Assembly: GCA_022711435.1 (NCBI GenBank)
Contig: JAKLFB010000015.1
Span: 36,626-100,625 of the forward strand
Reading direction: 5' to 3'
Length of the DNA stretch: 64,000 nucleotides
Origin: Verrucomicrobiota bacterium
Lineage (GTDB): Bacteria > Verrucomicrobiota > Verrucomicrobiia > Limisphaerales > UBA1319
Below, one piece after another: positions 45,829-54,619 of the stretch. Made by a program: the position numbers and the translations under genes. The notes beneath the pieces are model-generated. The model was not told the origin of the DNA and did not search any database. It was given only the letters and a program-made list of their open reading frames with translations. Within the stretch, counting starts at the first letter, position 1, and every line of letters begins with the position of its first letter.

Positions 45829-48369
45829 GTGACCACCCGCCGATCGAGCCTGACCAGGAAACAACTCCTCGAGGAGAACGCCGAGTTGCGCGCCCGCCTT
45901 GCGGAAGCCGAGGAAAGGCTCCGCGCGCGGCACCCAGAGGGGGTCGAGGCCGCGCCCGGCGACGGCGGTGGGGGCGAGCGCGTTTTCGATCCGAACGAGC
46001 GCGAGCGGACCCATCAAGCGCTGGCCAGCGCCGCGCTGGCCGTTCAGGACGTCACCGACCTGCGCAGGACGGAGGAGGCGACTCTGCGGGGCATTCTGGA
46101 CGCCACCCAGGAATCGATCTGGCTGTTCAGCCCCGAAGGCCGCATGCTGATGGGGAACACCATCGCGTTCCAACGATTTGGAAAGCCGCCGGCGGATATT
46201 ATCGGCAAGCATTTCAACGAGATTCTGCCGCCCGAGCTGGCCCGGACCCGGCTGGCCCGCCTCCGGGAGGTGGTCGAGTTCGCGCGGCCGGTGGATTTCG
46301 AGGACGAACGCTGCGGCATTTTTTTTCACCACAGGTTCTATCCCGTGCTCGATGCGGCAGGGCAGGTGACATCGGTGGCGTGCTTCAGCCGTGACGTCAC
46401 CGAGCGGAAGCGCTCCGACGGGGAGCGAGTGCAGTTGCTGACCCGCCTGCAAGAACAGCACGCGGAGCTGGACGCGGTCCTCGCCGCCATTCAGGACGTG
46501 GTGCTCATTTACGACAAGGACGGGACCGTCCGCCTGGTGAACCGCGCGTGCGTTCCGGCCTACGGCTTCGATCCTACCAACCACAGTCTCCCAGATATCG
46601 TCCGGCGCAACTCTTACCACGACATCGACGGGCGGCCGCTCGATGCCGAGTCCGTGCCGACGGCGCGGGCGCTGCGGGGCGAAAGCGTGCGCAACGCGCA
46701 GTGCGTCGTCCAGCGGATGGACGGAGCGGAAGCGGCGTGGGAGATTTCATCGACGCCGCTGCGGATCGGCGGCGAAGTCGTGGGAGCCGTCACCGTCTGG
46801 CACGACATCACCGAGCGACAGAAAGTCGCAGAGAGATTGCGCCAGAGCGAGGCCCTCTATCGCGCCATCGGCGAGTCGATCGATTACGGGGTGTGGACGT
46901 GCGCCCCCGACGGGCGCAATACTTACGCCAGCGAGAGCTTTCTCAAGTTGGTGGGCCTGACGCAAGAACAGTGCTCGAACTTCGGCTGGGGCGCCGTGCT
47001 GCATCCCGACGACGCCCATCACACCATCGAAGCCTGGAAGGAATGTGTCCGACAGCGGGGCATGTGGGATATTGAACATCGGGTTCGAGGCGTGGACGGG
47101 CAGTACCATGCCGTGCTCGCCCGGGGAGTGCCGGTGCTGAACGACCGCGGCGAGATCGTCTGCTGGGCCGGCATCAACCTCGACATCAGCCGGCTCAAAC
47201 GCGCCGAAGAGGAACTTCGCCATCTCAATGCAAAGCTCGAACAGCGCGTGAACGAGCGCACGGCCGAACTCACCCTCGCGGCCCAATACGCTCGCAGCCT
47301 CATCGAAGCCAGTCTGGACCCTCTGGTCACGATTAGCGCCGATGGCCGGATCACCGATGCGAACCGGGCGACGGAGCTGGCGACCGGGGTCGCGCGCGAC
47401 GAGTTGGTGGGCAGCGATTTCTCGAGCTACTTCACTGACGCGGATCGGGCGCGGGCCGGCTACCAGCGGGTCATCGCGGAGGGGTTGGTGCGCGACTACG
47501 CCCTCACGCTCCGCCATACCTCCGGTCACACCATGGACGTGCTTTACAACGCGACGGTGTATCGCAATGGTGCGGGCGAAGTGCAGGGCATCTTCGCTGC
47601 CGCCCGTGATATCACCCATCGCAACCGCGCCGAGGAGCAACTCAAGGCGGCCAACCGGGACCTGGAAGCCTTCTGTTACTCGGTGTCGCACGATCTGCGC
47701 GCGCCCTTGCGCGGTATTGACGGCTTCAGCCAGGCGTTGTTGGAGGACTACCTGGACCGGCTCGACGCCGAAGGCCAGGGGCACCTGCGCTGGATCCGCT
47801 CCGAATGCCAGCGCATGGGCTGCTTGATCGACGACCTGCTGAACTTGTCCCGGGTCGGCCGCGTCGCCATCGAACGTAAATCCGTTGACCTCACCGCGCT
47901 CGCGCAGGAGATCGTGGCGGGCCTGCGGCGGACCGCCGGGAACCGGTCGGTGCGATTCCAGATCGCCAACGGATTGCGGGCGGAGGGCGATTCGCACCTG
48001 CTCCGGGCTGCGCTCTCGAACCTGCTCGACAACGCATGGAAGTACACGGCGAAGCGCCCCGACGCCGAGATCGAGTTCGGATCGCTGCCGCTCCGAGCGC
48101 TTGCCAATCCCCCCGAAGGGCTCGGGTGCCCGCCCGCCACCCCGGTGTTCTTCGTCCGCGACAACGGGGTCGGGTTCGACATGGCCTACGCCCACAAACT
48201 GTTCGCGCCGTTTCAGCGGCTGCATTCGGTGAAAGAATTTCCAGGCACGGGGATCGGCCTCGCGATCGCGCATCGCGTCGTGCACCGGCACGGCGGGCAC
48301 ATCTGGACCCAAGCCGCAGTTGACCGGGGCGCCACCTTTTATTTCGTGCTCACTCCGAAAGGACATTGA
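45829..48369 (+). CDS. Multi-PAS sensor histidine kinase (HisKA/HATPase_c)
   Basis: H-box SHDLRAPLRGIDGFSQAL, DNAWKY (N-box), GTGIGLAIAHRVVHRHGG. Several PAS-like segments. The longest ORF starts at GTG 45697. In-frame TTG 45817/45823 or GTG 45829 are more plausible, so the start is uncertain. Confidence 0.85.
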   Translation: MTTRRSSLTRKQLLEENAELRARLAEAEERLRARHPEGVEAAPGDGGGGERVFDPNERERTHQALASAALAVQDVTDLRRTEEATLRGILDATQESIWLFSPEGRMLMGNTIAFQRFGKPPADIIGKHFNEILPPELARTRLARLREVVEFARPVDFEDERCGIFFHHRFYPVLDAAGQVTSVACFSRDVTERKRSDGERVQLLTRLQEQHAELDAVLAAIQDVVLIYDKDGTVRLVNRACVPAYGFDPTNHSLPDIVRRNSYHDIDGRPLDAESVPTARALRGESVRNAQCVVQRMDGAEAAWEISSTPLRIGGEVVGAVTVWHDITERQKVAERLRQSEALYRAIGESIDYGVWTCAPDGRNTYASESFLKLVGLTQEQCSNFGWGAVLHPDDAHHTIEAWKECVRQRGMWDIEHRVRGVDGQYHAVLARGVPVLNDRGEIVCWAGINLDISRLKRAEEELRHLNAKLEQRVNERTAELTLAAQYARSLIEASLDPLVTISADGRITDANRATELATGVARDELVGSDFSSYFTDADRARAGYQRVIAEGLVRDYALTLRHTSGHTMDVLYNATVYRNGAGEVQGIFAAARDITHRNRAEEQLKAANRDLEAFCYSVSHDLRAPLRGIDGFSQALLEDYLDRLDAEGQGHLRWIRSECQRMGCLIDDLLNLSRVGRVAIERKSVDLTALAQEIVAGLRRTAGNRSVRFQIANGLRAEGDSHLLRAALSNLLDNAWKYTAKRPDAEIEFGSLPLRALANPPEGLGCPPATPVFFVRDNGVGFDMAYAHKLFAPFQRLHSVKEFPGTGIGLAIAHRVVHRHGGHIWTQAAVDRGATFYFVLTPKGH

Positions 48370-48370
48370 A

Positions 48371-48820
48371 ATGCCGAACCGCGTCATTCTCCTGGTGGAA
48401 GACAATCCGAGCGACGAGGCGCTGACGCTGCGCGCTCTCAAGAAACACCAGGTCATTAACGAGGTCGTGGTGGCCCGCGACGGCGTCGAGGCGCTCGATT
48501 ATATCTTCGCCACCGGCGCCCACGCTGGCCGGGGCGCGATCCCTTTGCCTGAGGTCGTGCTCCTGGACCTGAAGCTGCCGAAGGTGGATGGATTGGAGGT
48601 CTTGCGTCGCATCCGGGCGGATGCCAGGACCCGGTTGCTGCCGGTGATCATGCTCACCTCCTCCCTCGAGGAGAGAGACGTGGTGGCCAGCTACGCCTGC
48701 GGCGCGAACAGCTACGTGCGCAAGCCGGTGGATTTCATCGAGTTCGTCGAGGCGATCCGGCAGTTGGGGTTGTACTGGCTGGTGCTGAATACCCCCGCAC
48801 CCCTGGGAGCGGAACCATGA
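48371..48820 (+). CDS. Single-domain (CheY-like) response regulator
   Basis: MPNRVILLVEDNPSDEAL...VVLLDLKLPKVDG...SYVRKP. Starts 1 nt after the kinase stop. ATGA overlap with the next gene. Confidence 0.9.
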   Translation: MPNRVILLVEDNPSDEALTLRALKKHQVINEVVVARDGVEALDYIFATGAHAGRGAIPLPEVVLLDLKLPKVDGLEVLRRIRADARTRLLPVIMLTSSLEERDVVASYACGANSYVRKPVDFIEFVEAIRQLGLYWLVLNTPAPLGAEP

Positions 48821-50337
48821 AGGCGCCGCTGGAAGTGCTGATCATCGAAGACTCCGAAGCGGACGCTCTGTTGTTGTCGCGCCAGTTGCGGTCGGGCGGG
48901 TACGCCCCAGTCATTACCCGGGTCGAGAGCGCGGCGGAATTGGCCGAAGCCCTGCCGAAGAACGCATTCGACGTGGTGATCTGCGATTACCGGCTGCCCC
49001 AGTTCAGCGGGCTCGAGGCTCTGCGCATGGTGCTGGCCCACGGCCGGGATGTGCCCATCCTCTTGGTGTCCGGCGTCGTTGGCGAAGACCAAGCCGTCGC
49101 CGCCATGAAAGCCGGCGCGCACGATTTTATCCTGAAAGACCAGTTGGCGCGCCTGGTCCCGGCCGTGCAGCGCGAGCTGCGCGATGCCGACGTGCGCCGG
49201 AAGCGCCGGGAGGCCGAAGCCGCCTTGCAGCGCGCCCATGCCGAGCTGGAATCGAGAGTGCGGCAGCGGACCGCGGAACTGCTCGGGGCCAATGAAGCCC
49301 TGCAGCGCGCCAATCGCGCCCTCGAGCGCTGGTCCCAGCTGTTCGAACACGCCCAGTGGGGTGTGGCCGTGGGGAGTGCCAGCGGCCAGACCCTCGAGAT
49401 GATGAATCCCGCGTATGCCCGGATGCACGGCTACACCGTCGCCGAGTTGACCGGCGCGCCCGTGCTGAGCATCGCAACCCCCGATAGCCGGACCCAACTT
49501 GCCGATCAAATTCGCCTGGTGAACACGCAGAACCGCGCCATCTTCGAGTCGCGGCACCTGCGCAAAGACGGGACGAGCTTCCCCGCCCTAGTGGAGATGG
49601 CGGCGGTGCGCGACGAACGGGGGCGCCCCCTGTACCGAGTCATCTACACCCAGGACATCTCCGAACTGAAATCTCTCGAAGCCCGCATCTTGGACATCAG
49701 CGAGCGCGAACAGCAGCGCATCGGCCAGGATCTGCACGACAGCCTCTGCCAGCAGTTGAGCGGCATCGCTTACCTTTGCCATACCGCCCACGAACGCATC
49801 GCCCAGGTTGCCCCGGCGGAAACGGGGCTGCTGACCCGTATCTCGCAACTTTTGCAGGAGGCCATGGATCAGGCGCGCAGCGTGGCGTACGGCCTGCACC
49901 CGGTGGAAGGGGAGGCCAACGGCCTGGCTGCGGCTCTCGAGGGCTTGGTTGGACATTTTCGCAGTGTGTACGGCATTTCGACCCTCTTTCTCTGCCCCAA
50001 GCCCGTGCCGATCTCGGACAACACCGCCGCGACCCACTTGTACCGCATCGCCCAGGAGGCCATGCGGAACGCCGTCGAGCACGGGCGTGCAAGGCAAATC
50101 GTCGTCCGCCTCGCGGAAACCAACAGCGCCCTCACGCTCTCCATCCAGGACGACGGCTGCGGGTTCCCGCTCGAAATCCCCGTGTCCCGCGGCTTGGGGC
50201 TCGAAACCATGCGGTTTCGCGCCCGGGCAATCGGCGCCGACCTGAACGTCGGCCGAGGTGGGAAGGGCGGCACTGTGGTCACGTGCATCTGGCGAAATCG
50301 AACCCATGCCGCAACGAAAGGCCCCCCCAATGAGTGA
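48817..50337 (+). CDS. Hybrid receiver-PAS-histidine kinase (HisKA_3/NarX-DegS type)
   Basis: REC: LIIEDSEADA...VVICDYRLPQFSG. H-box EREQQRIGQDLHDSLCQQLSGI. HATPase: NAVEHGRA...DDGCGF. Confidence 0.85.
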   Translation: MKAPLEVLIIEDSEADALLLSRQLRSGGYAPVITRVESAAELAEALPKNAFDVVICDYRLPQFSGLEALRMVLAHGRDVPILLVSGVVGEDQAVAAMKAGAHDFILKDQLARLVPAVQRELRDADVRRKRREAEAALQRAHAELESRVRQRTAELLGANEALQRANRALERWSQLFEHAQWGVAVGSASGQTLEMMNPAYARMHGYTVAELTGAPVLSIATPDSRTQLADQIRLVNTQNRAIFESRHLRKDGTSFPALVEMAAVRDERGRPLYRVIYTQDISELKSLEARILDISEREQQRIGQDLHDSLCQQLSGIAYLCHTAHERIAQVAPAETGLLTRISQLLQEAMDQARSVAYGLHPVEGEANGLAAALEGLVGHFRSVYGISTLFLCPKPVPISDNTAATHLYRIAQEAMRNAVEHGRARQIVVRLAETNSALTLSIQDDGCGFPLEIPVSRGLGLETMRFRARAIGADLNVGRGGKGGTVVTCIWRNRTHAATKGPPNE

Positions 50338-51076
50338 CCGTTCTTCCCAGCGCAGCAGTCGGATGCCCCCCGCAATGCCTACGCCTCCCACCCGGACGGG
50401 CTGCATGCGCATCCTTGTGGTCGATGACCATCCCATCCTGGTGGAAGGCCTGACCGCTTCGATCAACAGCCAGCATGACTTGGAGGTATGCGGCTCCGCC
50501 GCCAGCGCAAGGGAGGCCCTCCAGGCCGTCGCGGAGCTGAAGCCCGACCTCGTCGTGGCGGACATCTCCCTCCACGATTCCCACGGGATCGATCTCACGA
50601 AAGACCTGGTGGCACAGCATCCCGGATTGCCGGTGCTCGTGCTTTCGACTCACGACGAGACACTCTACGCGGAGCGCGTTCTGCGCGCCGGCGCCAAAGG
50701 CTATGTGATGAAGCGGGAGCCAATGCCGAAGCTCCTCGAGGCCATCCGCAAAGTCGCCCACGGGGGACTCTACTTCAGCGAGGCCACCACGGCGCGAATG
50801 CTTAACCGCCTCTGCATCTCCCGTAACGGTCAGCAGAAGCTGCCGGTCGACTGCTTGAGCGACCGCGAACTCGTCATTCTGGAATTCATCGGCCGGGGCC
50901 GAAGAACCCGGGAGATCGCGCAAGACCTGCACATCAGCATCAAGACCGTCCAGGCGCACCGCGAACACATCAAGGAGAAACTCCAGCTCCACGACGCTCT
51001 CAGTCTCACTCGCTTTGCCGTGAACTGGGTCGAATCCGGTGGCGGGCCTGCCGGCTCGGCAGAAGAGCAAGACTGA
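50330..51076 (+). CDS. NarL/LuxR-family response regulator (REC plus HTH)
   Basis: MRILVVDDHPILVEGL, ADISLHDSHG, LSDRELVILEFIGRGRRTREIAQDLHISIKTVQAHREHIKEKL. The start is either ATG 50330 (8-bp overlap with the upstream gene) or ATG 50405. Confidence 0.85.
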   Translation: MSDRSSQRSSRMPPAMPTPPTRTGCMRILVVDDHPILVEGLTASINSQHDLEVCGSAASAREALQAVAELKPDLVVADISLHDSHGIDLTKDLVAQHPGLPVLVLSTHDETLYAERVLRAGAKGYVMKREPMPKLLEAIRKVAHGGLYFSEATTARMLNRLCISRNGQQKLPVDCLSDRELVILEFIGRGRRTREIAQDLHISIKTVQAHREHIKEKLQLHDALSLTRFAVNWVESGGGPAGSAEEQD

Positions 51077-51250
51077 GGCGCTCCCGCGGCGACTCCCAGC
51101 AGCCGCATTTCTCGCCATCATTGGGTGTCATGCGCCCGGAGGAATCGGACTTTTCCCAAGGCCCGATTCAGCGTTCGCCCTATTGGTGAAGACCTGGGGG
51201 GTCCTGTAGAATGCTTCAATCTGCAGGTGCGTTGCAGGCGGATCAAGTTC

Positions 51251-51312
51251 GCAACCGCGAATCGACGGACAGGGACGCGATCTCCGCAAGGTCGGCGTCG
51301 ATTCGCGGTTGC
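51251..51312 (+). other. Perfect 17-bp inverted repeat (GCAACCGCGAATCGACG ... CGTCGATTCGCGGTTGC) separated by 28 nt
   Basis: Read directly: arms at 51251-51267 and 51296-51312. It lies between the NarL-type regulator (end 51076) and the next gene (start 51381). No U-tract follows. Confidence 0.6.
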
Positions 51313-51380
51313 ATCCGGCCTGAGCCGTCACTGCGGTGGATATACGGCTGTGCGATCGCGCTGAAGTGAAACGATATCCG

Positions 51381-51947
51381 ATGAACCATCAAACCGAGCC
51401 CGGTATGCGCCCAGGCTTCGTATTGGCCGTGGCAGGGACGCTCGTGCTGTTCCTGGCTGTCATCGTGTTCTTCCGATCCCGCCCCGGTGCTCCTGCGCCG
51501 GCCACCCCATCGCCCCAGACCGCCGCTGCCCGTACGCCGGTGGCGGCTGCGGCGCCGGCGGGGCAGACGTTGCCGGCGGTGCCACCACCCAGTCCCAAAC
51601 CCAAAGCTGCGATCCCGGCAGCCAGTTTGGTTGACCGATTGGGCATCGAGGTGGTCAGCGTGCGGCTCACTGCCGCCGACCGGGCCTTGGACGTGCGATA
51701 TCGGGTGGTGGATGCGGCCAAAGCCGCCGCGCTCGATACCAGCGAGAACATGGCTTATCTCGTCGACGAGGCCAACGGCCTCAAGATCGGAACCGCGCAG
51801 CCGCCGCCGCCACTCGAGGTGCATCAGCCTGCAAAGGGTCGGGTTTACGGAGTGATGTTCGCAAATGCCGGAGGCGCACTTCAGGCCGGCAGCAAAGTCA
51901 CGCTCGTCGTCGGCCAGGCCCGCGCCAACAACCTGACCGTAGAATGA
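51381..51947 (+). CDS. Hypothetical single-pass membrane protein with a Pro/Ala-rich linker
   Basis: MNHQTEPGMRPGFVLAVAGTLVLFLAVIVFF, then a PAPATPSPQ linker and a ~100-aa C-terminal domain. ATGA overlap with the next gene. Confidence 0.5.
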   Translation: MNHQTEPGMRPGFVLAVAGTLVLFLAVIVFFRSRPGAPAPATPSPQTAAARTPVAAAAPAGQTLPAVPPPSPKPKAAIPAASLVDRLGIEVVSVRLTAADRALDVRYRVVDAAKAAALDTSENMAYLVDEANGLKIGTAQPPPPLEVHQPAKGRVYGVMFANAGGALQAGSKVTLVVGQARANNLTVE

Positions 51948-53575
51948 ACAGGGCAACTCGACCCACCCCAGCCGCCCATCACCGGAGTTCCGCAATGCCA
52001 TTCCCCGCAAAGCATTGGATCATCGTCCTGTTCCTCGTCTTCGTTGGCCTGTCCAGTCGCGCCCAGTGGCCGGTCCAGGTGGGCGACATCTTCGTGGCGA
52101 ACTACGGGGGCAATTCGGTGCTCAAGATCGATCCCAGCACCATGGTCCAGACGAGACTGGCGACGTTCGCCACGCCCACCGACCTCACGCTCAGCCCGAT
52201 AGGCGAGCTGTTCGTGGCCGAGTGGGGCGGCAAGATCAAACGCCTCGACCTCAAGACCGGCGCCCTGACGGTGGTCAATCCCACGCGGTCCATTCCGCAG
52301 GCTTGGGGAATCGCCCTGAGCGCTGCCGGCGATCTCTACGCCACCAGCCGGTCGAGCAACGCCGTGTACCGCGTCTCGATCGCCACCGGCGAACCGACGC
52401 TTGTCAGTCGCAGCAACCTGATCCAGGGCCCGATCGGGCTCGATATCCTCGACGAAGGTCACTTGGTGGTTGCGTCCCACATGAACGACGAGCTGGTTTC
52501 AGTGGATGTGACCAACGGCACGCAGACCTCGATCGATGGCGGCCAGGGAGTCAATGAACCCTGGGCGGTCGCGACCCGAGGCGCCGAAGTCTTTGTCACC
52601 GGCTACGACAGCAAGCTCATCCAGCGCTTGACGCAAGGGAACCTGGTCGAGTTGGCCCGCGCGCCGGGCTTCCCCTACGGTCTGGACGTCGCGCCCGACG
52701 GGAGTCTGGTTTGCGCGAGCACCGGTTTGGCGGACAGCATCGACCGCTACGACGCCCAGGGCAATCACTTGGCGACGTTCTCCGGAGGGATGCTCAAGCA
52801 GGTCGCCGGCATTGCGGTGTCCCGCTTCGCACTCTGCGGCCTGTCCATCGCATGCCCGACGGATATCACGGCCCGCACTTGTGACCCGGCAGGCCTGGTT
52901 GTCGAGTACCCCGCGCCCACCGTCACCGGAGGCTGCCCGCCGTTCACCGTGGATTCCACGCCGTCCTCAGGTTCCACCTTCCCGCCCGGAACGAACTGGG
53001 TCGAGTGCGCCGCCACAGATTCAGCCGGCAACCGAGCCACCTGCAGTTTCAGGGTCGCCGTCACGCTCGATGCGACACCGCCAAGCCTGACCTGCCCCGC
53101 GGACGTCACCATCGAGTGCGGAGCCGCGACCACTCCCGACATCACCGGCACGGCTACGGCCACCGATGCCCACGACCCCAATCCCACGGTGACCTACACC
53201 GATACGACTACGCCCGGGACGTGTGCCGGGGCGAAGGCGATTGTGCGGGTCTGGCGGGCCGTCGACGCGTGCGGCAACTCGACCACCTGCACTCAGACCA
53301 TCGGATTTCGCGAACCCACACCCGCGCCCGTCATCCTCGGCATCCAACTGGCGCCGGACGGCGAACTGGTCGTTGCGTTCAGTGGGGATCCCCAGGGAAT
53401 CGCTGAATTCGTTTTCGAGGAGGCCGACTCGCTCAGCTCGGTTGCCATCTGGCAGCCCATGACGCCACAGCCCACGATCGCCGAGGTTGAGATCGGCCTC
53501 TTCGAGGCGAGGCTGGCCGTCAATCCCCAGCAGCCCGCCGGCTTCTATCGGATTCTCAGCCCCGGGCAGCCCTGA
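51944..53575 (+). CDS. Secreted NHL-type beta-propeller, two HYR-like domains and the C-terminal GFYRI domain
   Basis: Signal MPFPAKHWIIVLFLVFVGLSSRAQ (alternative start 51995). Propeller-like repeats (PTDLTLSPIGELFVAE, AWGIALSAAGDLYAT, PIGLDILDEGHLVVA, PYGLDVAPDGSLV). HYR-like: CPTDITARTCDPAGLVVEYPAPTVTGGC and LTCPADVTIECG...ATATDAHDPNPTV. Ends AGFYRILSPGQP. Confidence 0.7.
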   Translation: MNRATRPTPAAHHRSSAMPFPAKHWIIVLFLVFVGLSSRAQWPVQVGDIFVANYGGNSVLKIDPSTMVQTRLATFATPTDLTLSPIGELFVAEWGGKIKRLDLKTGALTVVNPTRSIPQAWGIALSAAGDLYATSRSSNAVYRVSIATGEPTLVSRSNLIQGPIGLDILDEGHLVVASHMNDELVSVDVTNGTQTSIDGGQGVNEPWAVATRGAEVFVTGYDSKLIQRLTQGNLVELARAPGFPYGLDVAPDGSLVCASTGLADSIDRYDAQGNHLATFSGGMLKQVAGIAVSRFALCGLSIACPTDITARTCDPAGLVVEYPAPTVTGGCPPFTVDSTPSSGSTFPPGTNWVECAATDSAGNRATCSFRVAVTLDATPPSLTCPADVTIECGAATTPDITGTATATDAHDPNPTVTYTDTTTPGTCAGAKAIVRVWRAVDACGNSTTCTQTIGFREPTPAPVILGIQLAPDGELVVAFSGDPQGIAEFVFEEADSLSSVAIWQPMTPQPTIAEVEIGLFEARLAVNPQQPAGFYRILSPGQP

Positions 53576-53707
53576 CCGCGCCGGCACCCCACCCGAGCTT
53601 CCGGTGAGATTTTCACGTCGCTGAGACCCGAGCCCACCGGAACAATTCGGTTTCTCGGTCCCTCAGCCGGAGACGCTCGCCCAGTCGGATCGCCTCCGCA
53701 TGGCGAT

Positions 53708-53745
53708 GTGAAAACGGCAAGGCGCAGGCAAGCGCCTGCGCCTTG
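53708..53745 (-). terminator. Candidate intrinsic terminator for the minus-strand PEP-CTERM gene
   Basis: 12-bp perfect stem caaggcgcaggc / gcctgcgccttg (53718-53745) with loop aagc. On the minus strand it is followed by ccgTTTTc. It lies 31 nt downstream of the gene end at 53776. The T-run is short. Confidence 0.45.
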
Positions 53746-53775
53746 AATCGAAGAAAACAACCAGGAATCGCCGGG

Positions 53776-54501
53776 CTACCTGACACCGCGACGCCGCAGC
53801 CAACCGAAGCCGAGCAGGCCCAAAGCCGTGATCACCCCAACCATCTGCGGCTCCGGAACAAGGACCAACTCGAAGGCGAGGTCATCGACACCTTGGCTTC
53901 CGCCAGGTAGTAACCAGTAATCAGGATCACTCCAATTGCTCTCGATTGCGCCGTAATTGTACCCGAAGCGACCCGCGACACTCTTCTGCGGCTCGTCCTG
54001 GGCTCCCGCCTGAAGATAACCCCAGTTTACGCCATCGCCAGAATTGCTAAGATCATAGCCCACAGTGGACAGGAAGACCATGTACTCCACACCCAAATCT
54101 AAGACAACATTGCCAGTGGAGACCTCCACGGTTTGGAAGCCGTTATCAGGCTGGATCCCCATGGGGCTCGAGAAGTCTAAACGGGGGCCAACCACATTGC
54201 CGCTAAGGCCGCCAGGGCTCCACTCATATACGTAAGCCTCAAAAGTCAGAGGAACGCCTGACGTGTAATCCAGCTTGAACCTCACTTTGGCGAGAGTGGT
54301 AGCCGAAGGATCGTTGACGGTGAACGTCTGCCCATAGGTCGGAGTGTGAGAGGACGCCGGGCCCCAAGTTCCAATAACCTCCGAACCGTCCCATTCCCCG
54401 AAGGTCCCGATTATCAATGCCGCCTGCCCGATTGGCGCCACAATCCCCCCGGCCAAGAGGACGGCGAGTGCGGCTCTGGATAACAGACTGGTCGTTTTCA
54501 T
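53776..54501 (-). CDS. PEP-CTERM sorting-domain protein (visibly lower GC than its neighbours)
   Basis: Start MKTTSLLSRAALAVLLAGG at 54501. C-terminus VPEPQMVGVITALGLLGFGWLRRRGVR. Confidence 0.85.
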   Translation of the reverse strand: MKTTSLLSRAALAVLLAGGIVAPIGQAALIIGTFGEWDGSEVIGTWGPASSHTPTYGQTFTVNDPSATTLAKVRFKLDYTSGVPLTFEAYVYEWSPGGLSGNVVGPRLDFSSPMGIQPDNGFQTVEVSTGNVVLDLGVEYMVFLSTVGYDLSNSGDGVNWGYLQAGAQDEPQKSVAGRFGYNYGAIESNWSDPDYWLLPGGSQGVDDLAFELVLVPEPQMVGVITALGLLGFGWLRRRGVR

Positions 54502-54619
54502 TGCGACAATTCTGTTCCTTGCAGCGGCTGGCGTCAACGCAAGGTTTGCCCGATTCCGCCATAGGGAGAAGTCCTATACCAACCCGTCGGACGCAGGCGC
54601 AGGAATAGGGTCTCGCCTG

